From Octopus bimaculoides (lineage: Eukaryota): 56,975 nucleotides of DNA. This document shows, in pieces, positions 1 through 13,856 of this stretch (its first letter is position 1; every line of letters begins with the position of its first letter). A model generated the notes under the pieces. That model searched no databases. It saw nothing but the letters and a program-made list of their open reading frames with translations, and was not told the origin of the DNA. The stretch lies in assembly GCF_001194135.2 (NCBI RefSeq), contig NC_068986.1, forward strand, positions 55,258,480 through 55,315,454, written 5' to 3'. The position numbers were made by a program, and so were the translations under genes.

Positions 1-544
1 ACCGCTGCCTCAGCGCATCTCTGCGCATCGATAGCCACAGTATACCCAGCCCCCCACCCACCCCATTTAGCGGATTTAGCAAATAGAGCGCCTGACCAGT
101 GGAACGTGTCCCTTCCACAGAAAACGGAAGAGTAGGTGCTCCATTTTGGTAAGACAAGAACCGGGAGAGGGCACGTCGGTGAAGCGGTAGTAAGTGACCG
201 ATGCGAATAATAAACTGTGGATAGAAGTGAACAGGATCACAGGTGTTCTCAAAAGATGAAAGAGTTGTGATGCAAGCTCAGTGAAAAGAAGAATAAGAAA
301 TCGTTTGAGGCTATAAAACAAATCGTGAAGAAGAAACATGTGAACTGAGATAGTCGCAGAAAATAGATGTTAATATAATAATATTAACACAGTGTTTGAG
401 ACAGAATCTAGATGGAATAGCTAGAACCTGGAGTTGAAGTTAGGTCGAAAAAGTAGCAATGAAAGGAATAGTTCAGGACAAAAATAGTTCAAGACAAAAG
501 CAAATTTCGAACGAAAATAGAATAAAAATAGTCCAGCCACCGGA

Positions 545-617
545 TGCCGAAACCAGGGATTGAACCAGGGACCTTTGGATCTTCAGTCTAACGCTCTCCC
601 AACTGAGCTATTTCGGC
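545..617 (-). tRNA. tRNA-Phe(GAA), variant copy with two stem substitutions
   Basis: Reverse complement GCCGAAATAGCTCAGTTGGGAGAGCGTTAGACTGAAGATCCAAAGGTCCCTGGTTCAATCCCTGGTTTCGGCA. Differs from the other copies by T41>C (anticodon stem) and G63>T (T stem). A and B boxes intact. Confidence 0.88.
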
Positions 618-887
618 TGGTGAATGTTTTTATCTAAACTTTCTATGTCAATCGTATTGTATCTCACAGTACATTCTTGCCAAAGATATTTTGCTGTAGA
701 TAACGGCTTTTAACATAAGGCGACAAACTGAGAGTATTTTAATCGATTATATATATCAAACACAATACTAGATTTCATTGACCCCAGTAGCCGGGGTTAC
801 CGATGAAATCAGAACGTAAGTACTGCAAAGAATTTAAAGTGGCTGTCTACGAATTCATGTGTACGCCTTTTTACGTGTGTGTGTGTA

Positions 888-890
<3 letters not shown>

Positions 891-967
<77 letters not shown>
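891..967. repeat. (GA)n microsatellite
   Basis: Long GA run; explains the spurious ERERE and LSLSL ORFs. Confidence 0.95.
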
Positions 968-968
<1 letters not shown>

Positions 969-2265
969 ATTTGAGTGAGAAGAAGCAGAAAAGAAATTGT
1001 TGCTCTGAGTTTTCCGTTCCTGACATTCGATCAAAAATATATGTATGTGAGTTTTCCTGTTTTTATTTTTCGCATAACTCACCAGTGGAGAAATAATCAT
1101 TTTCTAGTCATGAGACGAGGCGCTTTATTGAAATTTACGCAGTACCAATAGCATAATCTAATACGTACGAGGGAGTGCTGAAAAGTTCTTGGCTTTGGGT
1201 AAAAGAAAATACAGGAGGATCAGTTAATTATGATTTTATTCAACATATTCCCCTCTCAGACTCACACACTTACTGCAGCAGTCCTTCTTTCAGTTCCTAT
1301 CTACCAAATCCATTCACAAGGCTTTAGTCAGCTTGAGTTTACAGCAGAAGACATTAGCCCAAGGTGCCACACAGTGGGAGTGAACCCCAAACTGTGTGGT
1401 TGGGAGGCAAGTTCTTACTACACAGCGATGCTAAACTTCTTGAACGTTTTACTTGTTTTCACAGCATCATTAATAGCTTGTAAATGTAATCTCTTGATTA
1501 AGCGAAATCTTTCTGGTTTTGCGTAACCCAGCAAGATTAGTACCGATGCAATTCGTCGCGTTACAAGTAGAAATCTGATGATTATTGCAGCACTTGGTAA
1601 CGTGCTGCAGTTTATATTCTGTATCCACGGGATTATCCTTCGTATGGATGTCGTTATAGCATCGACACTATGTCTAATATATTAAGTAATACCGTAATGA
1701 CATTTTCAGTGTCACAGTAAGAATAAAAAGAGAAAAAAATGTCGTTAAGACGATTAAAAAAGTGGTTTTTGTTTTAAGGAAAAAAATGTAAATGGTGAAT
1801 GAGAAATAAACAAAATCCTCGAGAGATATAAGGTTTGTAGTGCAAGCTAAGTGAAAGGTGTTGTCAGAAATCGTTTGAGACTGTAATGAAAGTCTTGAAA
1901 AAGAAACATGAAGCTTAGACAAAAATTGGTAGTGAGTCAGTGAAAATTGTTGTAAATTATAATTGTATTAATATTTAGCAGAAGCAATAGAGTGGCCCAA
2001 CGGCCGACAGTCTCATGCGTTAGCACTTGTGGAGCCTAATACAAATATACATACACTCATATTATGAGTTCTATTTTTTTTTTATTTGCATCACCATACT
2101 TGTAATATAATATTATAAATCCAGTGGAATGAAAGGTGAGCGGAATCCGGGATGAAATGAATGAAAATAAAATCATTGAAAGGAACTGTTGGTGAAACCT
2201 AGACTAAAACTTGAATGCGCAGAACGGAAGAAGAAAAAAAAAAGAAAAGCAGACCAGCCACCGGA

Positions 2266-2338
2266 TGCCGAAACCCGGGATTGAACCAGGGACCTTTAGA
2301 TCTTCAGTCTAACGCTCTCCCAACTGAGCTATTTCGGC
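2266..2338 (-). tRNA. tRNA-Phe(GAA)
   Basis: 73-nt canonical metazoan tRNA-Phe, anticodon GAA, A and B boxes, T-run terminator about 17 nt downstream. Confidence 0.97.
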
Positions 2339-3242
2339 TGGTGAATGGTTTTGTCTAACCTTTCCATGTCAATCGCATTGTATATCAAACCACATTCTTT
2401 TCACAGACAGGTGAAAGCAAATAGAAATGATTACACAAAAATAATTTATATTATTNNNNNNNNNNNNNNNNNNNNNNNNNNNNNNNNNNNNNNNNNNNNN
2501 NNNNNNNNNNNNNNNNNNNNNNNNNNNNNNNNNNNNNNNNNNNNNNNNNNNNNNNNNNNNNNNNNNNNNNNNNNNNNNNNNNNNNNNNNNNNNNNNNNNN
2601 NNNNNNNNNNNNNNNNNNNNNNNNNNNNNNNNNNNNNNNNNNNNNNNNNNNNNNNNNNNNNNNNNNNNNTAGATGACGCAATAGTTTCGACATCATGTCT
2701 AATATTTAATACTGTAATGACATTTTCAGTGTTACAATTAGAAAAACGAAAAGAGAAAGAATGTCGTTATGACGATTAAAAAAAATGAAGTGCTTTTGTT
2801 TTAAGAAAACAAATGTAAATGGTGAAAAAGAAATATACAGAAACCTCGAGAGAGGCTTGTAGTGCAAACTAGGTAGAAGGTATTGTCAGAAACAATTTGA
2901 AATTGTAATGGAAATCGTAAAGAAGGATCATGATGTAATATAATAAGACAAAAATTGATGTAATATAAGATATTTTTATTAGTATTTAACAGAAGCAATA
3001 GAGTGACTCAAGGGCCGGGAGTTTCATACGTTGGCACTTACGAAGCTTAATAAAAATATACATACACTCAAATTTTGAGTTAAATATTTCCTGTTTGCAT
3101 AAGGAATATAACAAATCCAATGGAATGAAAGGCAGGTGGAATACGGGATGAAATGAATGCAAATAAAATCATTGAAAGGATTAGTTGGTCAGGTCTAAAT
3201 TAAAATTTGAACGAAAGAAAAAAACGTAGTCCAGCCACCGTA

Positions 3243-3310
3243 TGCCGAAACCCGGGATTAAACCAGGGACCTTTAGATCTTCAGTCTAACGCTCTCCCAA
3301 CTGAGCTATT
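3243..3310 (-). tRNA. tRNA-Phe(GAA), C56>T B-box variant; 5' end in N gap
   Basis: Same sequence but GGTTTAATCC instead of GGTTCAATCC. First five nucleotides fall in the gap starting at 3311. Confidence 0.75.
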
Positions 3311-4810
3311 NNNNNNNNNNNNNNNNNNNNNNNNNNNNNNNNNNNNNNNNNNNNNNNNNNNNNNNNNNNNNNNNNNNNNNNNNNNNNNNNNNNNNNNNNN
3401 NNNNNNNNNNTTGTAGACATGGCTTTTAATATAAGGCGACACATTGAGAGTGATTTAATCAATTGTATCATCCTCGGTACTTCAGATTTCATTGGCCCCA
3501 GTACCCAGAGTTACCGATGAAAGCAGAACGTAAGTACTGCAAAGAAATGTTTAAAGTGACTCTCTACGAATTCATATGTGCTCCTTTGTGTGTGTGTGTG
3601 TGCGCGCTAGTGAAGGAGAGAGTGGGGGAGGTGTGTGAGCAAGTAGAAAAGAGTACTCCGTAATGACATTGCACGAGAGACTAAAACTTCAGAAATCGTT
3701 ACTCCGAGTTTTCCATCTGTCACCTTCGCTCAACAATATATATGATTNNNNNNNNNNNNNNNNNNNNNNNNNNNNNNNNNNNNNNNNNNNNNNNNNNNNN
3801 NNNNNNNNNNNNNNNNNNNNNNNNNNNNNNNNNNNNNNNNNNNNNNNNNNNNNNNNNNNNNNNNNNNNNNNNNNNNNNNNNNNNNNNNNNNNNNNNNNNN
3901 NNNNNNNNNNNNNNNNNNNNNNNNNNNNNNNNNNNNNNNNNNNNNNNNNNNNNNNNNNNNNNNNNNNNNNNNNNNNNNNNNNNNNNNNNNNNNNNNNNNN
4001 NNNNNNNNNNNNNNNNNNNNNNNNNNNNNNNNNNNNNNNNNNNNNNNNNNNNNNNNNNNNNNNNNNNNNNNNNNNNNNNNNNNNNNNNNNNNNNNNNNNN
4101 NNNNNNNNNNNNNNNNNNNNNNNNNNNNNNNNNNNNNNNNNNNNNNNNNNNNNNNNNNNNNNNNNNNNNNNNNNNNNNNNNNNNNNNNNNNNNNNNNNNN
4201 NNNNNNNNNNNNNNNNNNNNNNNNNNNNNNNNNNNTAGTGAAGGAGAGAGTGGGGGAGGTGTGTGAGCAAGTAGAAAAGAGTACTCCGTAATGACATTTT
4301 CGTTATCATAATTAGAATAATGAAAAGAGAAAAAATATCACTAAGACGGTTAAAAAAAATGGAGTGGTTTTCTTTTAGGAAAAAAAGTTTAAATGGTGAA
4401 TAAGAAATAGATAGAATCCTCGAGAGATACTAGGCTCGTGGTGCAAATTGGGTGAAAGATATAAGCAGAGATAGTTTGAGACTAATGGAAGTCGTAAAAA
4501 AGAAACATGAGGCTTGGACAAAAATTGGTAGTAAGTCGCTAAAAATTGATGTAATATATTACATTTTTATTAATATTTAGCAGAAACAACAGAGTGACTC
4601 AAAGTCCAAGACTTTTGTGCGAGGACACTTATCACCATACCTGTAATAAAATACATATCCAGAGGAATGAAAGGTAGTTGGGATCCGGGATGAAATGAAT
4701 GCAAATAAAATCATTGAAAAGAACAGTTGTTCAGGCCTAAACTAAAACATGAATGAAAACAGAATATGAAGAACGAAAAAGAAAAAAAAAAAAGCAGACC
4801 AGCCACCGGA

Positions 4811-4883
4811 TGCCGAAACCCGGGATTGAACCAGGGACCTTTAGATCTTCAGTCTAACGCTCTCCCAACTGAGCTATTTCGGC
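4811..4883 (-). tRNA. tRNA-Phe(GAA)
   Basis: Identical to the 2266 copy, with oligo-T terminator. Confidence 0.97.
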
Positions 4884-5969
4884 TGGTGAAGATATTGTCG
4901 TACATTATCGGTGTCAGTCGTATTGTATATAACAATTTAATTATTTATGTCTGCGTAAGTTATTCTCCTTTCGATATGAGATTTTTAACACAAAGCGGTA
5001 TTTTGGGAAGATTGTAATCAATTAGTATATCGTTACCCTTATTTCATTGATCACCGCCCAGAACGTAATTAAGTACTGCAACGTAGATTTAAACTCTATC
5101 CACTGTGATATTAATGTTAAATTTTAGTAGGGTCAGTTGCTTGTGAACTTGCAAAAATGATTCGAAAGTAAAATGAAGAACTGAAATACAGACGATAAAA
5201 TGCATTTAATTATTGTATTTAATGATTGTATGCTGTTGTGTATATAGTCTGTGTTCATACGCTGCTACAAAAACATGTATACTTCTTAGAATTTTTACCA
5301 TTTTTCAATATACTGTATAATATCTACAAATATACATCTTTTAATATATTTAAATTACACTTGTTTCCATAATCCGTTATAATAGGAAGTAACACCATAC
5401 GGAGCAATGTAACGTACGACTAATTACTGAAATGTAATTGGTTCGGTTCATAACTGATTGAATATATTTAGTGTAATAAATTTCATTGTGATCCACCAGA
5501 AGTTATTTCGTAAACACGAGCGTGTATGTGTGTATTCACACACACATATATTGTGTTTCTGTTGAATTTTTGGAACATTAATTAATGTAACGCCACGCAC
5601 CGACTATTATTTTTTTACTATACAATTGTATTGATTTTGCTTCTGTTTGAAACACAGAGTAATAAGCGCTGAAAAAAAGAAAGGATACGTTGGACAAAGC
5701 ACCCTCTCGAATCCCGCCTTTTAGCTTCCCGACGGGTAAATAAGTACCAATGGAGTAATGGGTATCATTCTACATAACCGAGTATAAAGTTTTGCGTTGT
5801 TGCTCGAACTCTTAAATTTGGCTGCTAGAAACAGCAGTCTAATCTCATTCAAATCACACATCTTTCTACATTAAAAAGAGAAGATACATTAGTCAATGTT
5901 GTCCCTGATAGACAAAAAGATTGGATGGTCGTAGTTGGTAATTACATAGGCTGTTAGAACCTATTAGCT

Positions 5970-6157
5970 CAGTGGTTCCCAACCTGTGGTCCGCAAAGGC
6001 AGTACTGGGAGTCCGTGAACTAAATTCAAAATTTTATATATATATATATACACATAAGGATAAGCATATTAAAAGGGGTCCGTGGAAAACTCATTTAAAT
6101 AAAAGGAGTCTTTGGTAGTGAAATGATTGGGAACCAGTGCGGAAAGCGGAAACACTG
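5970..6157. mobile_element. hAT-like MITE relic
   Basis: cagtggttcccaa ... ttgggaaccagtg terminal inverted repeats; TSD uncertain. Confidence 0.5.
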
Positions 6158-6757
6158 CTATAGCTAACAGTGCTGCGGGGATTAAATTATTTGCTGTAAA
6201 GCTTTTTGATTGCCTCTATAATAGTAGGGAAGGAGTACTGGGATAGTACTCCTTAAATCTTACTTAGTGATTGATATGTAAAGGCTGAAGAAGTTTAGCT
6301 TGAATTTTTTTATCCTAATGACTTTTGATATACCATCAAAAGCGGATGGTTGGACTAACAAAATACAAGGAAACATTGCTCTTATATTGTCTCAGCTAAG
6401 GCTAGGATCATTTTCTTTTCTACAGAATAAATAAAATGGTAAATGATACTGTTAATAATTTCGTAATGGATAGTAACAACATCTGTAAAATAATCCCAAA
6501 TACGAATCATATCACACTACCTTACGCGCTAGTGTAAACAACAATCAAATGGAAATAGTAGAATCCGAGGTAAATATAGTAATGGTATGCGACAGAAAAA
6601 AATAGTTCTCAACGTAGAATAAGTTACAATGCCAGGGAATTCTAATGCCGTCGGGTCTTTCCTTCCTTCCATCTCTTCACAGTTTACTAATTAATTTCAC
6701 TCTGAACTTGATACACAGTAGAAATGACTGCGATAGTTTACAGCCAAAACTTCACCA

Positions 6758-6830
6758 GCCGAAATAGCTCAGTTGGGAGAGCGTTAGACTGAAGATCTAA
6801 AGGTCCCTGGTTCAATCCCGGGTTTCGGCA
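6758..6830 (+). tRNA. tRNA-Phe(GAA), divergently oriented copy
   Basis: GCCGAAATAGCTCAG...GGTTTCGGCA, identical to the 2266 and 4811 copies; T10 at 6849-6858. Confidence 0.97.
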
Positions 6831-6848
6831 TCCGGCGGCTGGTTTGCC

Positions 6849-6858
6849 TTTTTTTTTT
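6849..6858 (+). terminator. Pol III oligo-T terminator
   Basis: T10 run 18 nt after the tRNA 3' end. Confidence 0.85.
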
Positions 6859-7391
6859 AATTTTAATTTTAATTTTCTTCTTGCTGCATATATATGTATA
6901 TGTTTATCTAACTATCAATTTCTATCATTTATATACTCGAAAGAATATGACTGTTTACGTGCTCCAGATATTTCATCGTTAATATTGTTCTAAGAGCGGT
7001 GAGATTATCACATCAATTTGGGTTTCTCTTCTTTTATGCATCTAATTATTATGGCTTTTTTTCATGCCAGTAGATAGATAGTGAGAGATATACATACAGG
7101 AGACAAGAGATCCCAATTTTAACCCGGATTTCAACATACGGTGGTTGGTAATTGTTATAAAATATATCTTTCATCTTTTACTTTATTTCCGTCATTAGAC
7201 TGCGGCCATGCTGGGGCACCGTTTTGTAGAATTTTAGTTGAACGAATCGACTCCAGTACTTTTTTAATACCTGGTACTTATTCTGTCACTTTTGCCTGAC
7301 CCTGAAGCTACGAGAACGTAAATGCACCAACACCAGTTGTCAAGTGGTGGTAGGGTACAAATACACATGCACATACATACATACATACATG

Positions 7392-7425
<34 letters not shown>

Positions 7426-7877
7426 TATTTATAAATCGACCCCAGGTCTTACTTTTTTTAAGCCTGGCACTTACTCTATCAGTGTCTTTTGCTGAACCGC
7501 TAGATAACGAGTATGTAAATACACCAACACCAGTTGTCAAGTGGTAATGGGGGGACAAGCACAGACACACACATAGATATAGATATATATATATATAATC
7601 TAATGCACTTAGCTTAGTTATATATATATATATATGTCATCTAATGCTCTTAGGTTAGTTTTTCCTTGGGGCTGGCCAGATTGGAGCAATCTCAAGTATA
7701 ACCAGCTGAAATTGCAAAGATAATCTGGAACTCGACTGAGGAAAGAAAACTTCGAATGACCCATCTGTGTTTTTTCTTGTTTCTCTTTTATATCATGTGT
7801 CTTGATGTTTTGTTGTCCATTTTTTGTATCATCTAGCTGTCTGGATGTTTTGCATTCTTGTCCCATTTTTTGTATTC

Positions 7878-7956
<79 letters not shown>

Positions 7957-7965
7957 TAGATATAG

Positions 7966-8000
<35 letters not shown>

Positions 8001-8174
8001 TGACGACGTTCATTCAGTTTCCATCTACCTTATCCACTCACAAGGTTTTGGTCAGCCCAAGGCTATAAGAGAAGACACTTGCCCAAGGTGCCACACAGTG
8101 AGACTGAACCCAGAACCATGTAGTTGAGAAGCAAACTTCTTACCACACAGCCACACCTGTGCATATATATATAA

Positions 8175-9425
8175 CTTACAGTTAATAAAGTGTGTTGCAT
8201 TCTGTTACTTAATAAATATAAAAAATGTATTGTGAATAAACAACAAGTAAAAAATGTATACATATACTGAGTGTACAGCCAGATAGGAGACAGACAAGAA
8301 GGTCCCTAATTCTTCATAGGTTATCTACCAAAATGGTTATACTCAGTTTCGCACCATTAATGAGAATTTCCCTTGCTGGCAGTGACTGCGAAAGTTGTGG
8401 AGATTATAGGGCCTAGAGCAAATAAGACAATACAAAGTAGACATACAAAAGTAGAAAAAAGTAATTAAAGACAAAATAAATAAGAAACAAGCAAAATATA
8501 GCCTCAGGGCCAAAATGAGAGGAATGGTGGGTAACGCTTGAGAAGCCAGCCTAAAGGATATAGAAAACAGTAAATAGTAAGGCACAGAGAATTTATGGTG
8601 TGAAAAGGGGAGAGAATGAAATGAAAACTGGCCATAGGTCACGTGTCAGCAGCAGGTAGAAGAGAAAGTCAGCAAGAGAGAGAGAGCAACAGAGAGAAAA
8701 CAATGGAAGAGATGAAGAGGGGGGAAAAAGGAGAAAGAATAGAAATACAAGAGGGCAAGAGAGAGAAAAAAATGTGAAAGTGGAAAGGTTCGAGTGAGAA
8801 GTAAGAGGGTGAGAGAGAGAAGAGGAGTAAGAGTGAAGAAAGAGTCGCAAGGATATATAAAAATTACTGTTAATAAATGTCAGGATGTGTTGCATTCCGT
8901 TACTTGATAAATGAAAAAATGTATTGTAAATAAACGATGACAGGTAAAAAATGTATATGTATACTGAGTGTACAACTGGACAGGAGACAGACACAGAAGG
9001 TCCCTAATTCTTCATAAGTTATCAACCAAAATGGTAATACTCAGTTTCATGCCATTAATGATAAGACTGAGAACTTCCAATGCTGGAAGTGCCCACGAAA
9101 GTTGCAGAGAATATAGGGCCCAGAGCAAACAAAGTAGACAAGCGAAAGTAAAAAAAATGTAATTAAAGGCGAAATACATAAGAAACGAGCAAAATATAGC
9201 CTCGGGGCCAAAAAGACAAGAATGGTGGGTAACGCTTGAGAATCCATCCTAAAGGGCCCTCTTTCTCCTCTACTTGCTGCTGACACGTGACCTGTGCCCA
9301 GCTTTCCTTTCATTCTCTCTCTTTTTCACACCAATTGCATTGCTGACTGGTCATAGATTCTCTGTGTCTTGCTATTTACTGTTTTCTGTATCCTTTAGGA
9401 TGGCTTCTCTAGCGTTACCCATCAT
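8175..9425. repeat. Local direct duplication plus inversion
   Basis: About 8175-8555 resembles 8862-9255; 9257-9425 is the reverse complement of about 8520-8670. Confidence 0.8.
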
Positions 9426-9449
9426 TTTGTGCCAAAATTTGAAATCAAT

Positions 9450-10790
9450 ATATACTTGAGATTTATGGTAATTTCATTATTCACCAACAAATCAGCTTGT
9501 TGCAACATCAATTTTCCACTTGCCTATCACTTGCTGAAGGAACATGCTAAATCATCAGCTATGTTTAGAGGCACCTTGCACTTGAAATTTAGTATGCTCA
9601 GGAAGAGTTGCTACAATCCCAGACATTGCTGCAGCAAGTACATTTCTTTTGATCATATGTAATCAAGAAGTATGTTGATGCATTTAAGCAGAATTTTCTA
9701 CTCTGCTTATATCTTAAGTTGAGAATTTTTTTTAAAAACCAGCCGATGTTCAGTATTCAACTTTAACAGGGCATCTTTAACATGTTCTTCCAGCTAGACC
9801 AAACTCTTTCTTCTTACTCAGGATGCTGGGAAACTATGCTGACTCAACAATGTCTGGCTATAGCAGCCTAAAATTAAAATATAGGTCCAGTGATTTGAAT
9901 TCACAATCAATGTGGCAGTAGTATTGCAAAGAGATGAGTAAATTGAATGGTACAGTCCACCAGCTGTCCCTTAGCCATATTGTATGGATGTAGCCTCTTT
10001 GCTCAGCAGATCTTTATCAATACTCCATGTATGAATTGTCACCCTTGTTTTGATGTTACCATGCAATTTCAGGAATTTCAAGGTACACTGTTGATCTTAA
10101 CCCTGACCTCCCATGCAGGGCTGTTTAGGTTTTGAGTTCACAAGGCCCATGTATGTTGTTTCAGATTCTTGTTTTTGTCAAGAATTTGACTGCAGATTAC
10201 TTTGTCAATCAACTGAGGTGTCTTTGACTTGCTTTCATTTTCCATAATGAAGAGAAAATGAGCAAGCATCATTTCTTACTTCTGCCATTCAGCTGTTGTA
10301 GACAATTACTTTGCTAAATACCTCTGCCTTACAGATATCATCAAAAAATGATGTATTTGAGTTTGAAAGCATACATGCACAGATCACATTGAGTACCTAG
10401 CCTTCCCTCTGGCAACAATAACAATCATAATTTCAAGCTATTTTCAATTGATAATCATGGTGATGAAGAATATAGGCTTGTCATCCTACCTGATAACTGT
10501 CCTTTAAATTTGGAAACACTTATTGTAAAAGCAAAGTGCCAAATACATAATATGACAGCATTATCCTTTGATCGGCATTAACACCACCTCTCTTGCCCTT
10601 GCATCAAACAGGCGCTCTTCCTATTGTGGATTGGTTGTTCTTTACCCAGAGAATTATGCTGTGCCCAATTTTGGCCTGCATCAGCTGCCACCAACTGTAT
10701 GTAATGGTTTTGAAGTTATCCTATCTCATCTGGAAACAATATGCATAGAAATTTGTTGAATTCAGACTAAGCTTCCAGCCTTCATCATCA
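9450..10790 (-). mobile_element. Decayed, internally deleted Helitron RepHel
   Basis: Minus-strand translation across stops gives FYAYCFQMR, DDICKAEVFSKVIVY (Rep-like), HLFAILL and INILLDYI*SK..RNVLAAAMSGIVATL (like the PIF1 helicase AVASSGIAATL motif). Confidence 0.75.
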
Positions 10791-11000
10791 TACAAGATGA
10801 GTAGGATGTAACAGAGAGTATTGTAAGCCTGGTCAACCTGATATAAGTTTGTACATTATTCCAGCAAGGTGAGTTCATTTCCAGTGTGTCCAGCCCTATT
10901 TCCCTATTTTAAGTGAGTAAAGTTTGATTTGAGAGAAATTGGGCTGCTATTTTTAGCAGGTCACATATCAATACAAAGGTGTTTTCTTGTTAGTCTAAAG

Positions 11001-11228
11001 TAGTGTTTCTTAAACATTTTTTACCTTTTGATTCCTGTTTTACTTGGGTGAATCCCTGAGCCATCTTATGTTTTTAAAAAAATCATATTATATTTTTACA
11101 ATTAAATATTATAAGGAATTGTACAAAAAAATTGCTGAAATAATTTGTGTATTGTAGAAATATAAGTAATTTATTGCACATAAATTTTAACAACAAAATC
11201 TTATATGGACCCTGGTTGAGAACCACTT
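11001..11228. mobile_element. hAT-like MITE
   Basis: tagtgtttctt ... agaaccactt ends flanked by near-identical 8-mers gtctaaag / atctaaag. Confidence 0.55.
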
Positions 11229-12569
11229 ATCTAAAGTAAAGCTGTTTGATTGTTGCATAGTCCTTGGTCAGTTGCAATCATATAAAACTTTGATGAAAAG
11301 CATTCCAGTCATGAAAATCTTGTTATTTCATATGTCAAGAATTGTTGTTCAGTATAACATTTAAAAACAGTAGAAAGGGATTTTGTGAGAGATCTAGATA
11401 CTATTTTGAGCAAATCAAATAAACCTGTGATAAAGAAGGAAAAACAAACTTGTCTGCCACTGAATAACACTCTTTCCCCTCTACCTTTATCTTATACTTT
11501 ATATGTGGTTGAACTAAAACAGAAGGGATAAGTTTTGTCCATTAGATCAGTAAAGTAGTTATCATTAGAAGCAGTTTGAGTTTTGACTTAATGAGAAAAG
11601 GTGGTAAAGGGAAGGTTTTATATTTTTGTTTTTGTTTTAATTACATATATTACATATTAACACAAATATCATTAGAAGATTGCATCATTAAATATTACAT
11701 TGCAGTTTGCAAAAGGCTGACATTTTGCTAATACTTTTTACCTTTTACTTAAGAGTTTTTTCAGTGAACAAATCACCCTTAGTACTTATTTTTAAAAGTC
11801 TGGCTCTTACTCTATCTGTCTATTTTGCTAAACAGCTAAGTTACAGAGACATAAACCAACACCAGTTGTCAAGCGGTGAGCAGACAAACACACATACACA
11901 CACACACATATATATACACATTCTTTTACTTGTTTCAGTCATTTGGCTGTGGCCATGCTGTTGATTCTTACTGTGGACTCCAGTGTTATAGGAACATCAT
12001 ATCGTTTTACCATAAGACTGTTAAGCTGGATAAATAGCAAATAGTTTGCTTCTTATTGATCTCTTTCTAATTAATCCATACTGAAAAGTGGTGTAGCCCC
12101 CAGAGGCAAAAACACTTTTGGCACCATATCTCTGAACTATCCTGATTATTTGTTTTGTGACTCGTTACCTATTTAATAATGATAACACTGAATTAATTAC
12201 TTCTTTACACAAGTTTAAAATAAAGTGAAAAAAAGACTATCTTCCCATAAAATCAAAACTGTAAACTTGGAATTAATCAATTACAGCCTACTAGCTGTAC
12301 TTACATAATTTATAAACCCTTTGCATATTTATGTAATCCAGTGTTGCTCTAAGTAACAAAGCTACAGTAATCTTGCCAGCATGCACAATAAATTTCTGTT
12401 ATATCCCTAGTTTTGAAATTCATTTTGGTTATATAAGAAGCCAGTATATAGATTATAAAAGATATTTTACCATTGTCACACCTGGATTTTCTACACCTGA
12501 AGAATTTCGACCTTACTTAAGACTATAATATGAGGGTATAGAGAGCCTAAAGACTGGGTTTAGTACTGC

Positions 12570-12980
12570 ATTGGAAACACCTCTATTATTGCGAGTTTCT
12601 AGATGACAATTTCTTCCACTGGTACAAGTCAACATCACGAGGTTTCAAGTTAAAGAGCATATTTATGCATGATAATGCCCCTTCACACTCTGCCAAACTA
12701 ACTATTAACCAGTTAGCTGAGAAAGGTTTCAAAGAACATAAGATAATGTAATGCCACCCACCCCAATCTCCAGATCTAAACCAATAGAGAATTTGTGGTC
12801 AGTTATTAAAAAAGATGTATATTCTAATGGTAAACAATATCCAAACTGGGATTTACTATGAGAAACAATAAAAACTACTGCTAGTAATTATAAAGTGAGA
12901 TTGTTGAGAAATTGACAAAATCAGTTGATGAGAGAATATTTAAAGTTATAGATGGTAAAGGAGGCTGTATAAAGATGTAA
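12570..12980 (+). mobile_element. Tc1 transposase C-terminal relic
   Basis: IFMHDNAPSHSAK ... PQSPDLNPIENLWSVIKK with stops and frameshifts. Confidence 0.85.
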
Positions 12981-13374
12981 AATATATACATAATTGTTTG
13001 TAAATATAATTATATGGTGGAAGATATATGTACATATTAATGGTCTGGTTATGGAATGCATTGATCCTGTGCTTATTCCCACTACATGAGCAATTCCTGG
13101 ATTGTTACATTATGGTCTGCCATAATTATTCACCAAACCTTTTCAATTGGCTCCTCACATAATGTAGTTTATATAATAACTTACGTAATAAAAAGAAACA
13201 CCCTATAAATTTGTTTTTCTTCATTTTTGCTTTAAATGTAGATCAATTTTGACAAAAATTACACGAGACATGGGATACATAATCCTACATATTACGTAAA
13301 ATGTTCAAGAAAATCTAACCAGAGGTTTTGATTTTATTGAGGAATGATTGACCTGCATAATAAAAGGAAACATA

Positions 13375-13408
<34 letters not shown>

Positions 13409-13822
13409 GCAATGTTAATTCTCTAAATGAAGTATTAACAGTAACAGCACGATAAAGTGTAGTATATTGCCACTTAAGTGTGGCTGACCCCTAGGGGTGG
13501 ATGTTACTGTTGCTTTTAGCCCCAGGAGGACATCTCCTCCAGCTGGCTTATCGACACACGACTGTGTCCTGTTTGCCAAGGGTAGTTATCCCTCTCACCA
13601 ACATCTGCAGCACGAACGGATCCGGATTTCAGGGTTATTTCCCTTCGTCGGCGTCCGATAGCCGCTGACCCTGGTGAGAGAGACAAAAACCTGGCAATCT
13701 TATATCTTCTTTTCAAGTGAAATTCTTCACTGATATCGAAAAGGTGAAAACAAGCAATGTTNNNNNNNNNNGGTTTTGATTTTATTGAGGAATGATTGAC
13801 CTGCATAATAAAAGGAAACATA

Positions 13823-13856
<34 letters not shown>

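Larger units (their letters stand above)
250..4960 (-). repeat. Diverged tandem array of roughly 1-1.7 kb tRNA-Phe repeat units
   Basis: Homologous flanks recur at about 1690-2340, 2710-3310 and 4290-4883 (e.g. gtaatgacattttc, aaaatcattgaaa); 620-1090 resembles 3411-3750. Confidence 0.85.

Noticed and set aside
3606-4300. Identical segments either side of a long gap
   Set aside because: Probably gap-edge redundancy; the true tRNA unit number is uncertain.
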